DNA of 64,000 bases from Massalongia carnosa (GCA_965645245.1 OZ287074.1:1488001-1552000), one strand, 5' to 3'. Shown: positions 1 to 13,461, counted from the first letter of the stretch. Made by a program: numbers and translations. Notes: generated by a model from the sequence alone, not told the origin.

Positions 1-1017
1 AGATCCGGTCGTGGGACGTGGTTGGCAATAGGAGCGGGGAGAATGGGGAAGAAGAGAAGGGGTTTCCAGCCTTGGGGGATGTGGATGCTGTGCTGGTGAG
101 CGGGAGTCGTGAGTTTTTGTTTTGTGTTTTTTTTTGGGGGTTTTCTGGGTGGACCGAGGAATGGGGAAGTTTTCTCTCCAGAGAAATGGACGCCGCTTCC
201 TTTCCAGTAACTTGTCAAGATATATACACATACACACACACATACAAATCCATCTATCCATCCACACAACGCAAACTAACCATCCCCAAAACCGCAGGAT
301 ACAGCGCCTTCGAGACCGCCCCATGGCTGCTGCGCCTGCTGGAATTCGTCCGCGCTGTGCTCGCACAAACCCGCGTGCGCCTGCTCGGCGTGTGTTTCGG
401 GCTGCAGGTCATCGCGCACGCGATGGGCGCCACGGTGGCGCGGAATGCGCTAGGGTTCGAGGTTTCCGTGTGCGAGGTGCAGTTGACGGAGAGGGGGAGG
501 GCGTTGTTTGATGGAAGGGAGACATTGGTGGGTTATAATTATTATTCTTCTTTTGGTTGGTTTTTGAAGTGGAGCTTTCCCGCCCCTCCTCCTTTCCGTC
601 TATCTGTCTATCTGTCTACCTCCCTCTGCCTGTATAAATCTTTGTGCGTGCACACACATATGTATCACAGATCCGCACCCACGAGCTAACAAAATCCTCG
701 CGTGCTTCCTTACTGACCGAGAACAGAACATAATGCAAATGCACCAAGACATCATCAGCCACCACCCAGCGGGGACGGAAGCGCTGGGCGCATCGGCTGC
801 GTGCGCGGTGCAGGGCATGTACGCGCGCAAGCGGCTCCTGGGCGTGGAGGGCCACCCGGAATTCCACGAGGACATCATGCGCGAGTTGCTAACCGTGCGG
901 CGGGCCAAGGGGGTGCTCAGCGAGGCGGTATTCCGGGACGGCATCGCGCGCGTGGAGCGGGCGCAGGATGCGGATGTGGTGGGGAGGGCGTTTGTGCGGT
1001 TTTTGGTGGAGGAGTGA
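1..1017 (+). CDS. Class I glutamine amidotransferase-like protein (5'-partial; introns ~109-297 and ~528-726)
   Basis: Spliced translation gives DAVLVSGS, the nucleophile motif LGVCFGLQVIAHAMG and the EGHPEF triad motif; GT..AG introns with CTAAC/CTGAC branch points. Confidence 0.85.
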
Positions 1018-1229
1018 GAGGAATGGAAAGGAGGGTTGGGTTCATGGAGTTTTGGGATGGGATAGGATGGGCTTGGGAAGTTGAGCGGTGGAAGGATGGA
1101 TGAATGGGAAGAGAATCAGGTAGGTTTTTTTTTTTTTTTTTTAAGAATTCATCGCGCCTGCAAAGCGGGAGGTGCTTCTGAGGAATGGTGTTTCCGTAAT
1201 TTACAGCCCCGTACATGTAACACGCGAGG

Positions 1230-2559
1230 TCAGCGAGACTTGAGTATCATCAGCACGATCAAGCCCGTACACGCCATACCGGCGGCGGCACATTCTATGG
1301 CTTTTCGCGTCAAATCGAGACGTCGTACCGTGACCGGACGCTCGCTGAACAAGTCTCGGACGGATGCCTCCAGGCTCCCAAGCGCCGATGTCGGTGCCGT
1401 TGGCTCCTCGCCGAGGAAGACCGGGTGGGCCGAGATGTCACCCGTGCTCTCCGTGAGGGCATCGATGACCAGAGGCTCGGAGCCCCGAGCAGTCTCCTCC
1501 GAAGACATTTGAGATGTAGCGTCGGGGACCGGCACGCTGCGCAATGCCGGCGCATCGACAACCTTGGCCCCAAAGGGCGCCTCCCTCTCCAGCGCCTCCA
1601 TCACCTTGTCCTCAAACCCTTGCACCAGGCGCTTCCTTCTCCACGGCTCCACCCCGATCTGAAACACCAAGAACAGCAGAATGTTCACCCCCATCAGCCC
1701 CCACGTGCCCCAGGTGCTCATGCGCCGAATTTTATCACTCCAGATTTGCTCCTCATGATAGCGAGCCAGGATGCTGGCGCTCAGTTTCGTGGCAGCTTCC
1801 TCGGCGTTCCGCTCCACCGCCACCAGATGTTCTTGCGCCGCCGACTCGGCCTGCTCGTTCGCGTGATCGGAGCGGTAAAGGGCTGTGAATCGCTCCAGGT
1901 CGTTGGTAGTCCAGGCATGTTTCCGTTGCAGGAGTTCGTTCACCTCCCGCTGGGAGCCCGAGCGCTGGTTTATGGCGGTCGAATATGCTTCTCTTGCAGC
2001 TTGGAGGACCAAGCGAGACTTCTGTACGTGTTTTTCTGTTGTGATACGTTAGAGAGTTCTCTGTGCAAACCATCTGCCGGAACTAACCCTGCTCTTCAAT
2101 CTCCTTCTTTAAAACTTCAATTCCCGAGTACCCGGTCAGGTCGTTGAGTCTTTGGCCAGCTATGAATATGTTGGACTGCAGATGATCCATGAGATGGGAG
2201 AACCTCTTCGAGATCTGGGACCTTCGCCCTTCCTCCTGCGAGGGCAATTCTGTCCGTGGATTCCCCGAGTCATCAGTTCCACCCGTTGATGTGGAGATCT
2301 GCCGGGAGATTATGCGAGAGCCTGTTCGTGTCTGCGACTTGCTTGGAAAGCTCCGCTCTTGCTTTGAAGGAGTAGGTTCCAAAGTAGCCAGTGTTGGGCA
2401 CGGGAGAGGTCGCGTCCGGTACTGACGCTGCTGGCAGACTTGGTGCATGGAAGCCCATGGCCTGCTGCGACTGCAACGCAAGGGAATCGATCTGCGAGGA
2501 AATGCAGCGATCAAAGCGAGAAAAAGTGGTCTCGTAGCATTTCCTACAGTAGATTTCAT
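1230..2559 (-). CDS. SHE9: She9/Mdm33 mitochondrial inner-membrane protein (intron 2036-2087)
   Basis: [69 protein letters not shown] and EPWRRKRLV are family signatures. Confidence 0.92.
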
Positions 2560-3189
2560 TGCCGATCTACCTCCTGCTCTACGGAAGCTGAGTGAGGGTG
2601 AATCCCGAACTTTAGAGCTCACCGAATGAGTACATCAACGATTATGCTGCTTCAAGTATTCTGTACAGGTCCTATAGTGAAGAAGTTGGTCATATCATAT
2701 ATTATTACGAAGAGCAGTTGACATGGCTCGTTCCCCGACTGGTTACAATTGATCGGTTTATTGATTACCCAGTACATGACTAGTATCTAATACCGAGTAT
2801 TTGTACAGAATATAGTGTAAAGAGTACCGCCGCGGCAAAACGCTTTCAAGTGCGCTATCGAATCGTCAAAACGTTAAGAGTAGTGTCGAGTATACTGGAC
2901 TGTGTCATTGTTATTGCCATTGTCATACTAGAGATGGCTAGGACTCCCTGAGAATGTCACCTCAAATAGTTACAATCCTGCTTCCGTCTTTCCCCTTTCT
3001 CCTTTGTTCCCTCTTCCTCTCTCTCGTCAAACTTGTTTTCGATTTATCGTCCTCGACATCCATCTCATTTCATCCATCCAAATTCTTCGTCCCTTCGCTC
3101 AGTGCTTAGAGCCAAAGCAATACCTGTATCCAGCGTTTAATCTCTCTGTACTCTCTGTGAAAACCATCCCCGCAAGTTCAATTATCGCA

Positions 3190-4497
3190 ATGCCTTACTT
3201 CGCTTCGCTACGTCAAAGTCTTGCCAATTTCATTGCTCCTGCGCCGAACGTGTCAGATCAGCCACTACCGGTTTCATCTGCAGGCTCTCGAGACATCAAG
3301 CCGCGGCTGGACCGCGGACGTATAAGTTCAACAAACCATACCAAAGAATGGCTAAAAACCCCTACACAGGAAAGGGATACCAAAAGGTCCAACATCCTCG
3401 GAGCCAAAAACAGCAAGGTCGTCAAGTCTACCTCCATCCAGAGGTCTTCACGAACTCCCAGCACAACTATGAAGGCAAGCGATAAACCATGGAGCATGCA
3501 GTTATTGTTTAGTATTCTCTCCAAGAAGAGCAGCGCCCTGGCTGAAGACCAACTAGAGGGCAGCACTCTGGTCCAAACTCCGCTTGCTGCCCAATCTACA
3601 CATAATAATGCTGCGCCCAACACTACGTTAAAACTGGTTGGAAACGCGAGCACGGTCATTGGCGACGACGACGAGGGTCCTAAAGAGCTTCCCCAGAACG
3701 AGTTTAAGGGCTGGACCCCAGACGAGATTTGGCTCTTTGAAAAGCTCAACATGCGCGGATTCGAGCCGCTGCTTGATTGGACCTGGGCGTTGGATTTTCC
3801 CACTTTAATCGAAGAGTTATTTTCACTAGATGACTCGAAGGTGTTCATCAGGTCGGTTAGCGGCAATGATTACTATGGTAACCTCCTCGAATATTCTCCG
3901 TCACGCCCGCTTCAATAACACTGACGTTTGGCTTCAGCATGCAAAGCCCTCGAAGGTCTTAATTTACTCGGTGCCCGCGTCCGCGATCGCGTGGTTCGCA
4001 GGTCCCCGCCCGAAGATGTTATTCGTCGAGAACTTGAGGGTTACTATAAATGGTCTATGCAAGACGCTGACCTCACCGACGTTGAACACGTGCCCGTTCT
4101 GACTATCGCCTCGGCTGCTCTCAAAGAACCCGTCGCCGGCGTTGTTGGCCGTTTGACCGACCGTCTACAAGAAATGGGGCGTCAATATCGTGCCCTCTGG
4201 ATCGATGAACACAACAGCGACGATAATGTGCAGAGATACTTCCATGAACTGCCCACGCTCTACGGTATTGTGATTAAGTACACCGTCGTGGCGTTCGTAA
4301 CCTTCGACGTTTGCGACCCGTACAAGCCGGTAAAGACTCTAGCGGTGTTTGATCTTCAGAAATACGGCCAGGACGTCTGGCATGGGCTTGCGCTGTCAAT
4401 CTTGTTCGTAAGGGCGAGGGATTACTTGCTGGCATTGCAAGCTGAAGGGGAGCTGGGCAAGAGAATCGTCAGACCCGTGTACGACCCGGATGTTTGA
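3190..4497 (+). CDS. Hypothetical protein, likely conserved in filamentous ascomycetes (intron ~3878-3938)
   Basis: Two long ORFs joined by a GT..CTGAC..CAG intron; disordered N-terminus and an ordered C-terminal domain (RGFEPLL, LPTLYGIVI, QDVWHGLAL). Confidence 0.75.
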
Positions 4498-5343
4498 TCA
4501 TAAGGGGCCAGTTGGCAGCACCATGCGTCTTGTTGGTTAGTGGCTTTCTCTTGCGAGCGTCTTCATGTGTTCGAGATACCCGGAGTGTTTGGCGCGAGCG
4601 GGGGTGGATTGCGTCCGGATCATTGGTGGCGTGAGGATGGATGTTGTTGTGTCATCTCCTTTGGGGCAGAAATTCACCTACTTACTGATGGACCGGTCCC
4701 GAAATGGGGCTTCTCTAGCTTAGGCTGGACTGGGCTGGGGCAGGAAAGAGAGGGAGAGGGAGCGAACAAGCGAACGAGGAATTAAGATCGTGCCTTCTCA
4801 ACGCGCATTGCAGTTGCTTAGAGATGGTGGTAATACATACATACCAGATAGATGGATTGAGTATGGACATACACATGTACCGTGTGTTTATGTAGGCGAG
4901 AACGAAAAATAGTCTATGTCTATGTTTACTCCCTCCTTTTTCATTGTTCATCTAGCTATCTATCCATCATCTATCCATTCCTCCAATCAAACTCACATAT
5001 CTATTCCCTTTCACCCCCTCCACAGCATCTCCGGAAAAACCCGAGTGGGTATATTTATAAACCGGGGTAGGGTCGTGAAACTTTCGATATCAAGGAAAAG
5101 GAGGAAAGAAGGAATCACATTTTAACAAACACACCTCCCCATCCCCGCTTTTTTTTACCACACCCTACCGTACCATAGCCGTGCTGTCTAGCTCGGTGAG
5201 TCGGTCGGCCGATTAGTTCGTGGGAATGGGCCCATGGATGGATAGACAAATAGATGAATAAACAAGTAAACAAGCAGCGAACGAGAAATAGATATACCCA
5301 AGCAAGTACTTGGTAGATGATAAGTAGGCTAAATCCGGGGTAA

Positions 5344-5360
5344 GGAGAGAGAGAGAGAGA
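5344..5360. repeat. (GA)n microsatellite
   Basis: ggagagagagagagaga read directly. Confidence 0.7.
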
Positions 5361-5881
5361 TTGGGCGGGCTGACCCACAGCAATATCTCGAGCAATCAAT
5401 CTGCCATTCCTCCAAGCAATGCCCGAGCCCTTACCCATGTGGTGCCGCCTTTACTTTCCAACGCATGGTTTAGTTAATCGGTTCACAAAAGCGCTTTAGT
5501 TAGGGCTGTTCGTAATGCGAAATGCATATAATTCCCCTTGGATCGACGGCTTTTTTTCGTAAGGATTGCTGGCTGAAGGGGAGGGGGGGAGTTGGGGGTT
5601 CCAACGCTGAGTGCTTTCTTTTTATGTATCAGAATCGTAGACACGATGCTGTTAGGGCTTGAGTGCCTATGCAGTAGTATAGAACGGAGACTTGACGATA
5701 GTAGTGGCAGAAATTGAATCAGTTTAAGAAATCTAGAGAAGATATCCTTAGAGGTAGTGGGCCGATGGTGCCCAATGTCTCCCCCATAGGTTCTATGATA
5801 CATGTAAGGTGAACCTAGAAGACCTTGCGAATGTATACAGTTAGCCCCTTTAATGTCGTTCGCCCATACCCAAGCTTTTTT

Positions 5882-6835
5882 TCAACCAATGACTACTTTG
5901 TTGTCCTCGGCAAAATCATAAGCTGGGACCTCCAGATTCAGCGGCGCAGGCCCCTTTCTTGCTCGACCAGAAACATCATAATGAGAACCATGGCAGGGGC
6001 AAAACCAACCCCCATAGTCACCTGATTCACCAATTGGCACGCAACCCAGATGGGTGCATACGCCTAGAAATACAAATTCAGCCCTCACGCGAATCACGCT
6101 TTTCGAGCCCACATAAAGCAGGAAAATGCGTACCTAGCATGATGAGCCATTCAGGTTTCTTGACCCGATCTTCGTCGCGTTGCGGATCTCGTAACGTTTC
6201 CCAGTTTGTTTCCTCAGCCTCCTTAATCTCGTCCGTTGTGCGATGGCGAATGAACACAGGCTTGCCTCGCCATTTGATGATGATCTAGTAGACTACTGAG
6301 CAAGTGTTTTATGCTTCTAATACGTCTGAAACAAACATTTTTCCCAAGCGGTACAGCGCTAAGGTCGACCTCAACCTTTGCTTGCGCAAGCACGTCTGCC
6401 GAAGCCGACATATTGACAAGGAAGTCTGTATCGATGGATTCTATTAGCCAATGTATCCCTCGTAAACCCTCAGGTTACTCCAATTGAGTCATGGGTTGTA
6501 GGAATTTTTGTGTTTCTACCTTGAACAGTCGCCTTGGCTCCTGCTGCTGCTAATAGCCCCATGCCGCCAACCATGAAGTACTGGAAGGTCTTATTTGATG
6601 TCTCGCCCTTCTTGCTCATATATTTGGCGAAGCTCGGGATTTTGGTCGTTGGATTCGAGTCATTCTTGAAAGGGCTCTGAAATGCGGGTGTCTCGTCATA
6701 CTCTCCCGAAGTCCTTTGTACAATATCAGCTTTGCCTCGCCGTTTCGTAACAATTAATGTCGTTGGCAGGGCCGGCAGTCGCTGCCGTGGACATAGGCGT
6801 AACATTGAGCTTGATTTGAAGTTGAAAGGTTTCAT
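5882..6835 (-). CDS. RIP1: Rieske iron-sulfur subunit of cytochrome bc1 (3 exons; start approximate)
   Basis: CTHLGCVP and CPCHGSHYD boxes, [31 protein letters not shown], transmembrane [16 protein letters not shown]. Confidence 0.97.
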
Positions 6836-7317
6836 TCAAGCAAAGAAACAAAGTACGCTTGTTCCCAAAGCTTGAGGCGAAAGGATGGACTAGGATGGTC
6901 GGTTTGCCCGTAAGAGGCTAGCGCAGGTCCTTATGCAACACAGAGTACAGAGTACTCTGTACACCTAGGAAACCAATCAACTTTACTTTTTACTGTTACT
7001 GAACTTCATCTGATTTAATCCTACCGTGACTTTACTTATTCTCATAATAGGATATAAGAGATAACTTCTGCACATTTTGATTGACGATAACCGGACATTA
7101 CTTCCATCACTAACAGCCAGATGATAGGTAAGAATGCATGAGAGTATAGGCGTTTCGTCAAAGCCCCCGAGGTACTCTGTATAAAGTAGGCCGTCCTAAA
7201 AAAACTTCCACGGTATATTGCCGGACAACGTCTACCTTTCGAATGCCTAGTCATCCTGACGTTTGCACTCATTCCATGTAACGCCAAGGAGAGGAAAACA
7301 AACGCTTCAACAAAGAT

Positions 7318-8054
7318 CTAACCCATATCTACATCTTCTGAGCTCTCTGGCTGAGTGCTGCCATTTTTATAAGCTGTCTTCGGCTTGGTTTGAACATCTT
7401 CGTCGCCTGGATCATTCATGGTTTCATCCAAAGAGATACTACCATCATCAATGGTGCTATCATTCTTTTGAGCTGTCCTAGCTGGCCGCTGTGGCAACGA
7501 CCTTCTTTCATCAAGCGTCGTCTGGCCATTCTGCAAAGGCTCATTGGTTTTTGCTGCCTTGGCTTTTTTCTCTTTATACTCTTTGAATGTTGTTGTCCGT
7601 GGAATGACATCTGAGAGAAATTCAAGGTTATCAAATCGAGCAACAGCATTAGCTTTGGGTAGTTGTTAGCATGTCAGGCGGCCACGTTTGAATGTAGGCC
7701 TTATTTACCGAGATCCTTATATTGAATATTACGTCTTGGCTTTCTCTCAGACTTGACAACGTTGAGGGCTTGTTCCGCTAAGTAGCGAATGAACATTTCC
7801 TGCCTTCGTTAGGCCAGTCCAGAAGGTGGGGACCGAATGAAATTATACCGTGGCGACAGTGATTGCAAAGGCAGCATTAGCAGAACATGGACCGATTTCC
7901 TCATCTATCTGAAGTATCTTCTTGACTCGTGCCACTGGGGGTGGTGAATGAATCAGAAAGAAGAAACTCGAAAGTTTCCGTATTACTCACATGGAAGGGA
8001 AGCCGAGCCCGTAATCTCTTCTGGAGGGGGGATGGCTGTGTTATTGTAAGGCAT
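7318..8054 (-). CDS. Histone-fold (CBF/NF-Y type) protein, Dpb3/Dls1-like DNA polymerase epsilon/ISW2 subunit, multi-exon
   Basis: Manual splicing gives MPYNNTAIPPPEEITGSASLP / ARVKKILQIDEEI..CSANAAFAITVAT / EMFIRYLAEQA..KPRRNIQYKDL / NAVARFDNLEFLSDVIP. Confidence 0.8.
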
Positions 8055-8486
8055 GCTGTAAAATCCACCTATTTCTAGAGTATAAGTATTTTTTTGCTCG
8101 ACGAGAACTAATGCGGGCTGTACATTGGGTATATTTAAAGATATCGAGCCTTTGGAAGGCAATTTGGCCTTATGTACTCTTATATTCGCTTCGTTTTAGA
8201 TACCTAAATATTTTACTCAACCTAAGTAAAGCCCTACTTTAGAATGCCTTAGAATCAGCAAAATATACACTTACGATTGTCCAATACCTCGAAAAATAAT
8301 TCAAATTCTATTGTGCAAAACGCAAATTACATAGAACAAGCTAGGTAATACGTATTACAGGGATTGCAGATAAGTTGTATCGCCTGTATCATATTATTAC
8401 CTGGAAAGGTTACTGACCACAATATTCTACATATAGGTATGTTGTTTCCACATTCGCCTAAATCATTCACCATAGCAGTTATAGAT

Positions 8487-9194
8487 ATGGAAGAAGACGA
8501 AGGTACCCAAATTCCCTTGCAAGATCAAAGAGTCTTTGGTGCTGGCATTAGCAAGAAACGTATTAATTTCGTTCGACCCGAAACGACATCCTCTAGCCTC
8601 ACGACAGACTCTACAAAGAACAGTGTTGGAGATCAATATCTCTCTCTGGTCATGGAGGAAAATCATCGAAAAAGTCTAAACAGAGCATCTGAGGAGACTG
8701 CAACAGAACTTACAGAAGCTACCTCTCAAAGCCATCTAGTGGTTGTATCACCGGAGAAAGATTCGGAAAAGATACTCTGCAAGATTTGTAGACTTCCGAT
8801 GGACGCTACCAGAAAGTCCCCAGCTCCTAGTCAGAGACCCCATGAGGCCTCGTTAGTCCATCAAGTCTGTCTGTCGCATTCCCACCCTCCCTCTAATTTG
8901 GATCGAACCCGTCGAGGCTTCAAATATCTTTCTTCGCACGGCTGGGACCCTGACAGTCGGCTTGGATTGGGCGCTTCAGGTACTGGTATACGTATACCTA
9001 TAAAGGCAAAACTAAAAAACGACACGGTTGGTTTAGGTGTAGAGATGAACAATCACAGACGAAAGTCTCCGGCGAAACTGCAGAAGCTAGATGCGAAGAA
9101 AGTACGGCAGAATGAGCAGGAGGCACGGAGGAAAAAGGAAAAATTGCAAGAAATGTTTTATCGAAACGACGATGTTGAGAAATATCTGACTTAA
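8487..9194 (+). CDS. G-patch domain protein
   Basis: RGFKYLSSHGWDPDSRLGLGASGTGIRIPIKAKLKNDTVGLG G-patch, preceded by a CxxC..H..H putative zinc motif. Confidence 0.85.
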   Translation: MEEDEGTQIPLQDQRVFGAGISKKRINFVRPETTSSSLTTDSTKNSVGDQYLSLVMEENHRKSLNRASEETATELTEATSQSHLVVVSPEKDSEKILCKICRLPMDATRKSPAPSQRPHEASLVHQVCLSHSHPPSNLDRTRRGFKYLSSHGWDPDSRLGLGASGTGIRIPIKAKLKNDTVGLGVEMNNHRRKSPAKLQKLDAKKVRQNEQEARRKKEKLQEMFYRNDDVEKYLT

Positions 9195-9516
9195 GGCACA
9201 TCGACGTAAGGAACTTTGATTTGTTTGATAATTAAGTCTTGCAACAAAACCCTATTTCCCTCTCCCTTTGCGGCTTTGGCGTGATTTAGGTATTTTTATA
9301 CTCCCGTACGGAGTATTCTGGCCGAATTACATGATACTAAATTCACGAAACAAGGTAATTTATTAATACCATAAATAACCTATAGCATCAAATTGCCGCG
9401 TAGCTCTCGTGCCTAGCAAATCCAGCAACCATATTTGAATGAAATCCCATAGGAACACCCAAAAGACCAAGAATTTCTGAACTAGATATAACGAATTCCC
9501 TCCCCTCGAGAAGACC

Positions 9517-10155
9517 ATGGTAAACTGTCCACCTCAACACAGAGTATATCCCAGCTAACCTTCCCTGCTCCACCAAAGTCCCTCCGCATAGCTCCCCCCT
9601 CGGCGCATCCCACCTCCACCACAAACCTTACAACCAACACCCAAAACCCCGTCTCCACCAAAGGCGCCCCTTCCGCTCCTGGCATTCACGACACCCTCCG
9701 CGTAAATCTCCTCTCCACGTCAATCCCCGGCTCGACGGTAACAACGATAACTACCTCGACCCACCCGCTCGAAGCTCGCCTCGCAGGGTGGCAGACTACG
9801 CAAGACAACCTCAAAATGACCGGTCTTCGCCGCACTTTCGGCATCGCGGAGCCGGTGCGCCGAGGCATGGAGCTGAGGATTGCGCGGGCCGGGGAGTGGA
9901 GGCCTCAGATGCTGGGGGGGAGTGCGAGCGTGAGCGCGGATGTGCTGGCCGGGAGGGACTCGGAGATTACTTGGGAGGATGTTTATAGAGGTATGTGCAT
10001 CTCTTATGTTTCATGGGCACCTGGAGTCATGGGTGTACGCAATGTGCGGAAAGAGGCTGATTCTTCGTTCGGGGGGGAATGGCTCAGGCGACGAAACAAG
10101 GGACGGTCTTGACTTCCATGTGGAAATGGAGGGGAGATTTGAGATGAATTGGTAA
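9517..10155 (+). CDS. UMP1: Proteasome maturation factor Ump1 (introns ~9520-9578 and ~9991-10087)
   Basis: M/SLRIAPP..APSAPGIHDTLR..HPLEARLAGW..LKMTGLRRTFGIAEPVRRGME..DVLAGRDSEITWEDVY..FHVEME. Confidence 0.9.
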
Positions 10156-10623
10156 CATTCCGGTGATCCAAACATGATGTGTCAGAGCAAAGGGGCTGTG
10201 GAGCAAATATAATAGACTGTACGTTAGCATAAGACCTTCGAACACCATGTTTAAACATCTTGACCATGTCGCTCGAGTTTGCGGATGGTACTGTCTATAA
10301 AGTCTGCAGAGGACTGCAAATATACTGCAGTTCTAGATTATCCCTGCCTTTGCATCTGAGTGTGTTGCTTAAGAACGCCTAATGATTCGTGAAAAAGGGG
10401 TTTACCGAGAAGGGCCCCAAGCACGCCTAATATGAATACAAGGGAAGAGACATGCCTAAGCTAATACCAGGTCCAAACAACGCGTCCTTAAGTTCAAACG
10501 ACACCTGCGAAGTTAACAGCACCAAGGGCGAGAAATACGCCCAAAATGCTCACTCCTAAGGGTCTACGGAGATCTTAGTAGATGATAGGGTGAGGGTGGC
10601 AGGTTAGACAAAAGTGAAAATGG

Positions 10624-11573
10624 TCATAATATGACACATCGACATCCAGGAACCCTTTCATTGCCGTCCCGGTCTCTAGATCCTGATTTAGCCGTCTTGG
10701 CGTCTTCTTCGTCAACGATTTCCTGGGGCTTAATTGTCATATGCACAACGTGAGTTGTGGGACCGATGACAAATTTACAGTCTAGATGAAGTACGATCAG
10801 CCCCGAATGCATCAGAGTTTTGAGAGATGCCCTTGCCTTGTAACCTCATTTTGTCATCCAATAATTTCCCATAATATATTAAACGTATCGAGCTAGGACT
10901 TGATGGCCGAGCTTCCCATTCTGCTCCTCAAATAGTCAGCACACAGTCCAAGAAACACTCTGCGATGTCGATTCTTCATACCTTCCCTCCACTCTCTCCA
11001 TATTAACTCTTTCAGCGTGTAGGTGCTCATATTGATCGGATTATTATCTTCCACTATGACGTTGCGTTTCTTCAGGTACTTCTCATCAATCTTATAAGGA
11101 TGTCTTGCGCCGTTGGTTAATAATAAGGTAATCATGAGTATAGGACCTGTTATCTCCGAGTCTTTTGGCACAACAGTTGGCTTATCTGACGAAGGACCAA
11201 TCGCAGGAGCAGTTTTTTCGCGTATAATGCGATTTTGGGGAGTCACACTGGAACCTGCAGGTGGGTTGGGAACATTCGCCAGTAAATTCTGTGACTGTAA
11301 TTTGGAACTCGATACAGATTCTGTAGTACGTCCTTCACCATCTCTTGAGGATCTCAACGTATCTGACGCCATTGTCGCAGAAGATGGAGAAAACTCAGGT
11401 GGAATATCCTCTAGTAAGGTTTTGGGGTCGAATCTGCTCATCTCAACCGGTGTTGACAAAGGCGGGGAAGACTGCAATGGTTGAATTTGTCTTGCAAGCG
11501 CTTGCGGAATATCTGTAGGGTCACTCTCAATATTATCGGTCGAAACAACCGGATTGGCAGCTGAGGAAGCCAT
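10624..11573 (-). CDS. UBL3/MUB-like membrane-anchored ubiquitin-fold protein with C-terminal CaaX box (3 exons)
   Basis: ITLLLTNGARHPYKID..YTLKELIWREW, IRLIYYGKLLDD, THVVHMTIKP; ends CRCVIL. Confidence 0.85.
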
Positions 11574-12110
11574 GACGGACAAAAGCCAGAGGGCGTTTAA
11601 GGGGTGGCCACAATAGCAGAGAACACAAGAGGATGGGGCTATCCCCAATCCCCACCCCCGAAGGAAGCTGTCAAATACACTAGGTATGGCAACAGCAGAG
11701 ATATAATTGTCAGTACTTGAGTATTTCTAATCCGGTAGGCCGGACGACCTGATGGTTTGAAAGAACGCGAAATGTGTATCGATTATCACTTCCTCCGCAA
11801 GTCATGGAGCTCATACAATGAAATCACAGGATTCCATGACCATATTCGCAGCGAGAAGAGGCGAGGTAATAAATCTCAATGCGGCGAAAGGCAGAGGAGG
11901 TACAGGATTGGACCGGTTTGGCTTACTTGATGGGAGGGTGCATAACTGATGGTGTCGATCCCGAATTAGCTCAGGTAGAAAGCCATAATACGGACGGGTA
12001 CGTATTTTACCAGACTTTTCAAACCCCTAGTAACTAAAACAAGGTAGTTGCGTAATCTAGGTATATAATTCTCCTTAAGCACGCTAGACAGGCTTGATAC
12101 TTTCTATGTA

Positions 12111-13435
12111 CAGTCGGGTCTAGGAAGTGACCGAACAGCGCACGTTCCACCCCCATTTTACCCCTCACCCCTAATGATGAAAATCACCCCAATCAATCAA
12201 TTTCCAACTTGATGCTTTGAAACCTTCATATTTCGTCAAATACTGTATGCTGAAGAAGATTAAATCATCAGTATTTAATAGAACCCCCTTTAGCCTTAAT
12301 AAGAAAGCGAATACGCTCAGGCATGCTCTCAATGCACCGTCTGAAGTCCTCCTCAGTCAACAGCTCCCATTCCTCCCGAATAGCCTGCTCCATGGCCTCA
12401 ATTGTATGGATTTGGTGACGACGGGCACTGACCCGTATTTTGATAATACGCCAGAGATTCTCAATGGGATTCAAATCGGGTGACTGAGGTGGCCAATCCA
12501 TGCGTAAAAGCCCGTTTCGTCTCCCCCAATCAATCACCTTTTTCGAAGTATGATAGCTGGCTCCGTCATCCATCCAGATCGTCAAACCTCGCCTAGTCAA
12601 GCATGCTTCATAAAACGAGAGCCCTAAAGGCCTTAGCACCTCGTCAATGTAGATATCTGAATTCATTCGTCTCCCCTTATTCAAAACGAGCATAGGGCCT
12701 TTTTCACCCAATCGTATGCTAGCCCAGATGCTCACAGTGCTTCGTCCGCTTTTGAATGTAGGCTTCAGATATCTAGACTCCATGGCCGTGCCTTTTCGTC
12801 TCGTGACGTAGCACGAGCGAGTGTCTAAACCAGTTTCAAACGTAGCTTCATCTGTCCATATAACTCGGCCCCAATCTCCTACCGTCCAATGCTTATGCTC
12901 CTTGCCCCATTTTAGCCTGATTGCTTTGTGACGTGCTGATAGAAACGGCTTTTTTCTAGCCCTGAAACGGAAATAGCCACCGAGCTTCAGATATTTTCGT
13001 ACGGTGACGCGAGAGAGCTTTTGACCCGATTTGGAAGGGGTAGTCATGGCCAGAAAATTATCGTGTGGATTTTTCTCAACATGGCGAATCAATGCCCGTC
13101 TGGCACGGACATTTAGCTTGGTTGGCCGACCAGTACGTTTTTTGGGAACGGAAGAGGCGTCGGCTTGTCTCTTAGCTCTATGAACTATGGTGACCACGGT
13201 GGAACGGGCCAGCCGAACTTGACGGGCTATTTCAGCATAGGAATAGTGGACTTCATGAAGAGCTACAACGATAGCAATGGTTTCAGACGAATGTTCACGT
13301 CTGGCCGTCTTGGGTTTGGAAGGCATTTCGTTGATCAGATGAAAATTGATGGAGAAAGGGGAGGGTGAAGTAAGAGGGGAATTTAGATGAGGGGAAATTA
13401 AGCGAAGTGTTTGCTGACTTCCTAGACCCGATTTG
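12111..13435 (-). mobile_element. Tc1/mariner DNA transposon A (Tc1, DD34E), full length
   Basis: Imperfect ~27-bp TIRs (cagtcgggtctaggaagtgaccgaaca vs reverse-complement caaatcgggtctaggaagtcagcaaaca); TA at 12109-12110 and 13436-13437. Confidence 0.9.
12268..13326 (-). CDS. Tc1-family transposase, uninterrupted ORF (352 aa)
   Basis: N-terminal HTH, GRP motif, WTDEATF, MDDGASYH..SPDLNPIE with 34 residues between the second catalytic D and E. Confidence 0.92.
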   Translation of the reverse strand: MPSKPKTARREHSSETIAIVVALHEVHYSYAEIARQVRLARSTVVTIVHRAKRQADASSVPKKRTGRPTKLNVRARRALIRHVEKNPHDNFLAMTTPSKSGQKLSRVTVRKYLKLGGYFRFRARKKPFLSARHKAIRLKWGKEHKHWTVGDWGRVIWTDEATFETGLDTRSCYVTRRKGTAMESRYLKPTFKSGRSTVSIWASIRLGEKGPMLVLNKGRRMNSDIYIDEVLRPLGLSFYEACLTRRGLTIWMDDGASYHTSKKVIDWGRRNGLLRMDWPPQSPDLNPIENLWRIIKIRVSARRHQIHTIEAMEQAIREEWELLTEEDFRRCIESMPERIRFLIKAKGGSIKY

Positions 13436-13461
13436 TACAACCTTACAAAGAAAGGTACATA

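Noticed and set aside
5360..5670. tRNA or telomerase-RNA candidate (GGCGG..CCGCC; isolated TTAGGG units)
   Set aside because: No T-loop or cloverleaf and no 1.5-repeat template; isolated hexamers are expected by chance.
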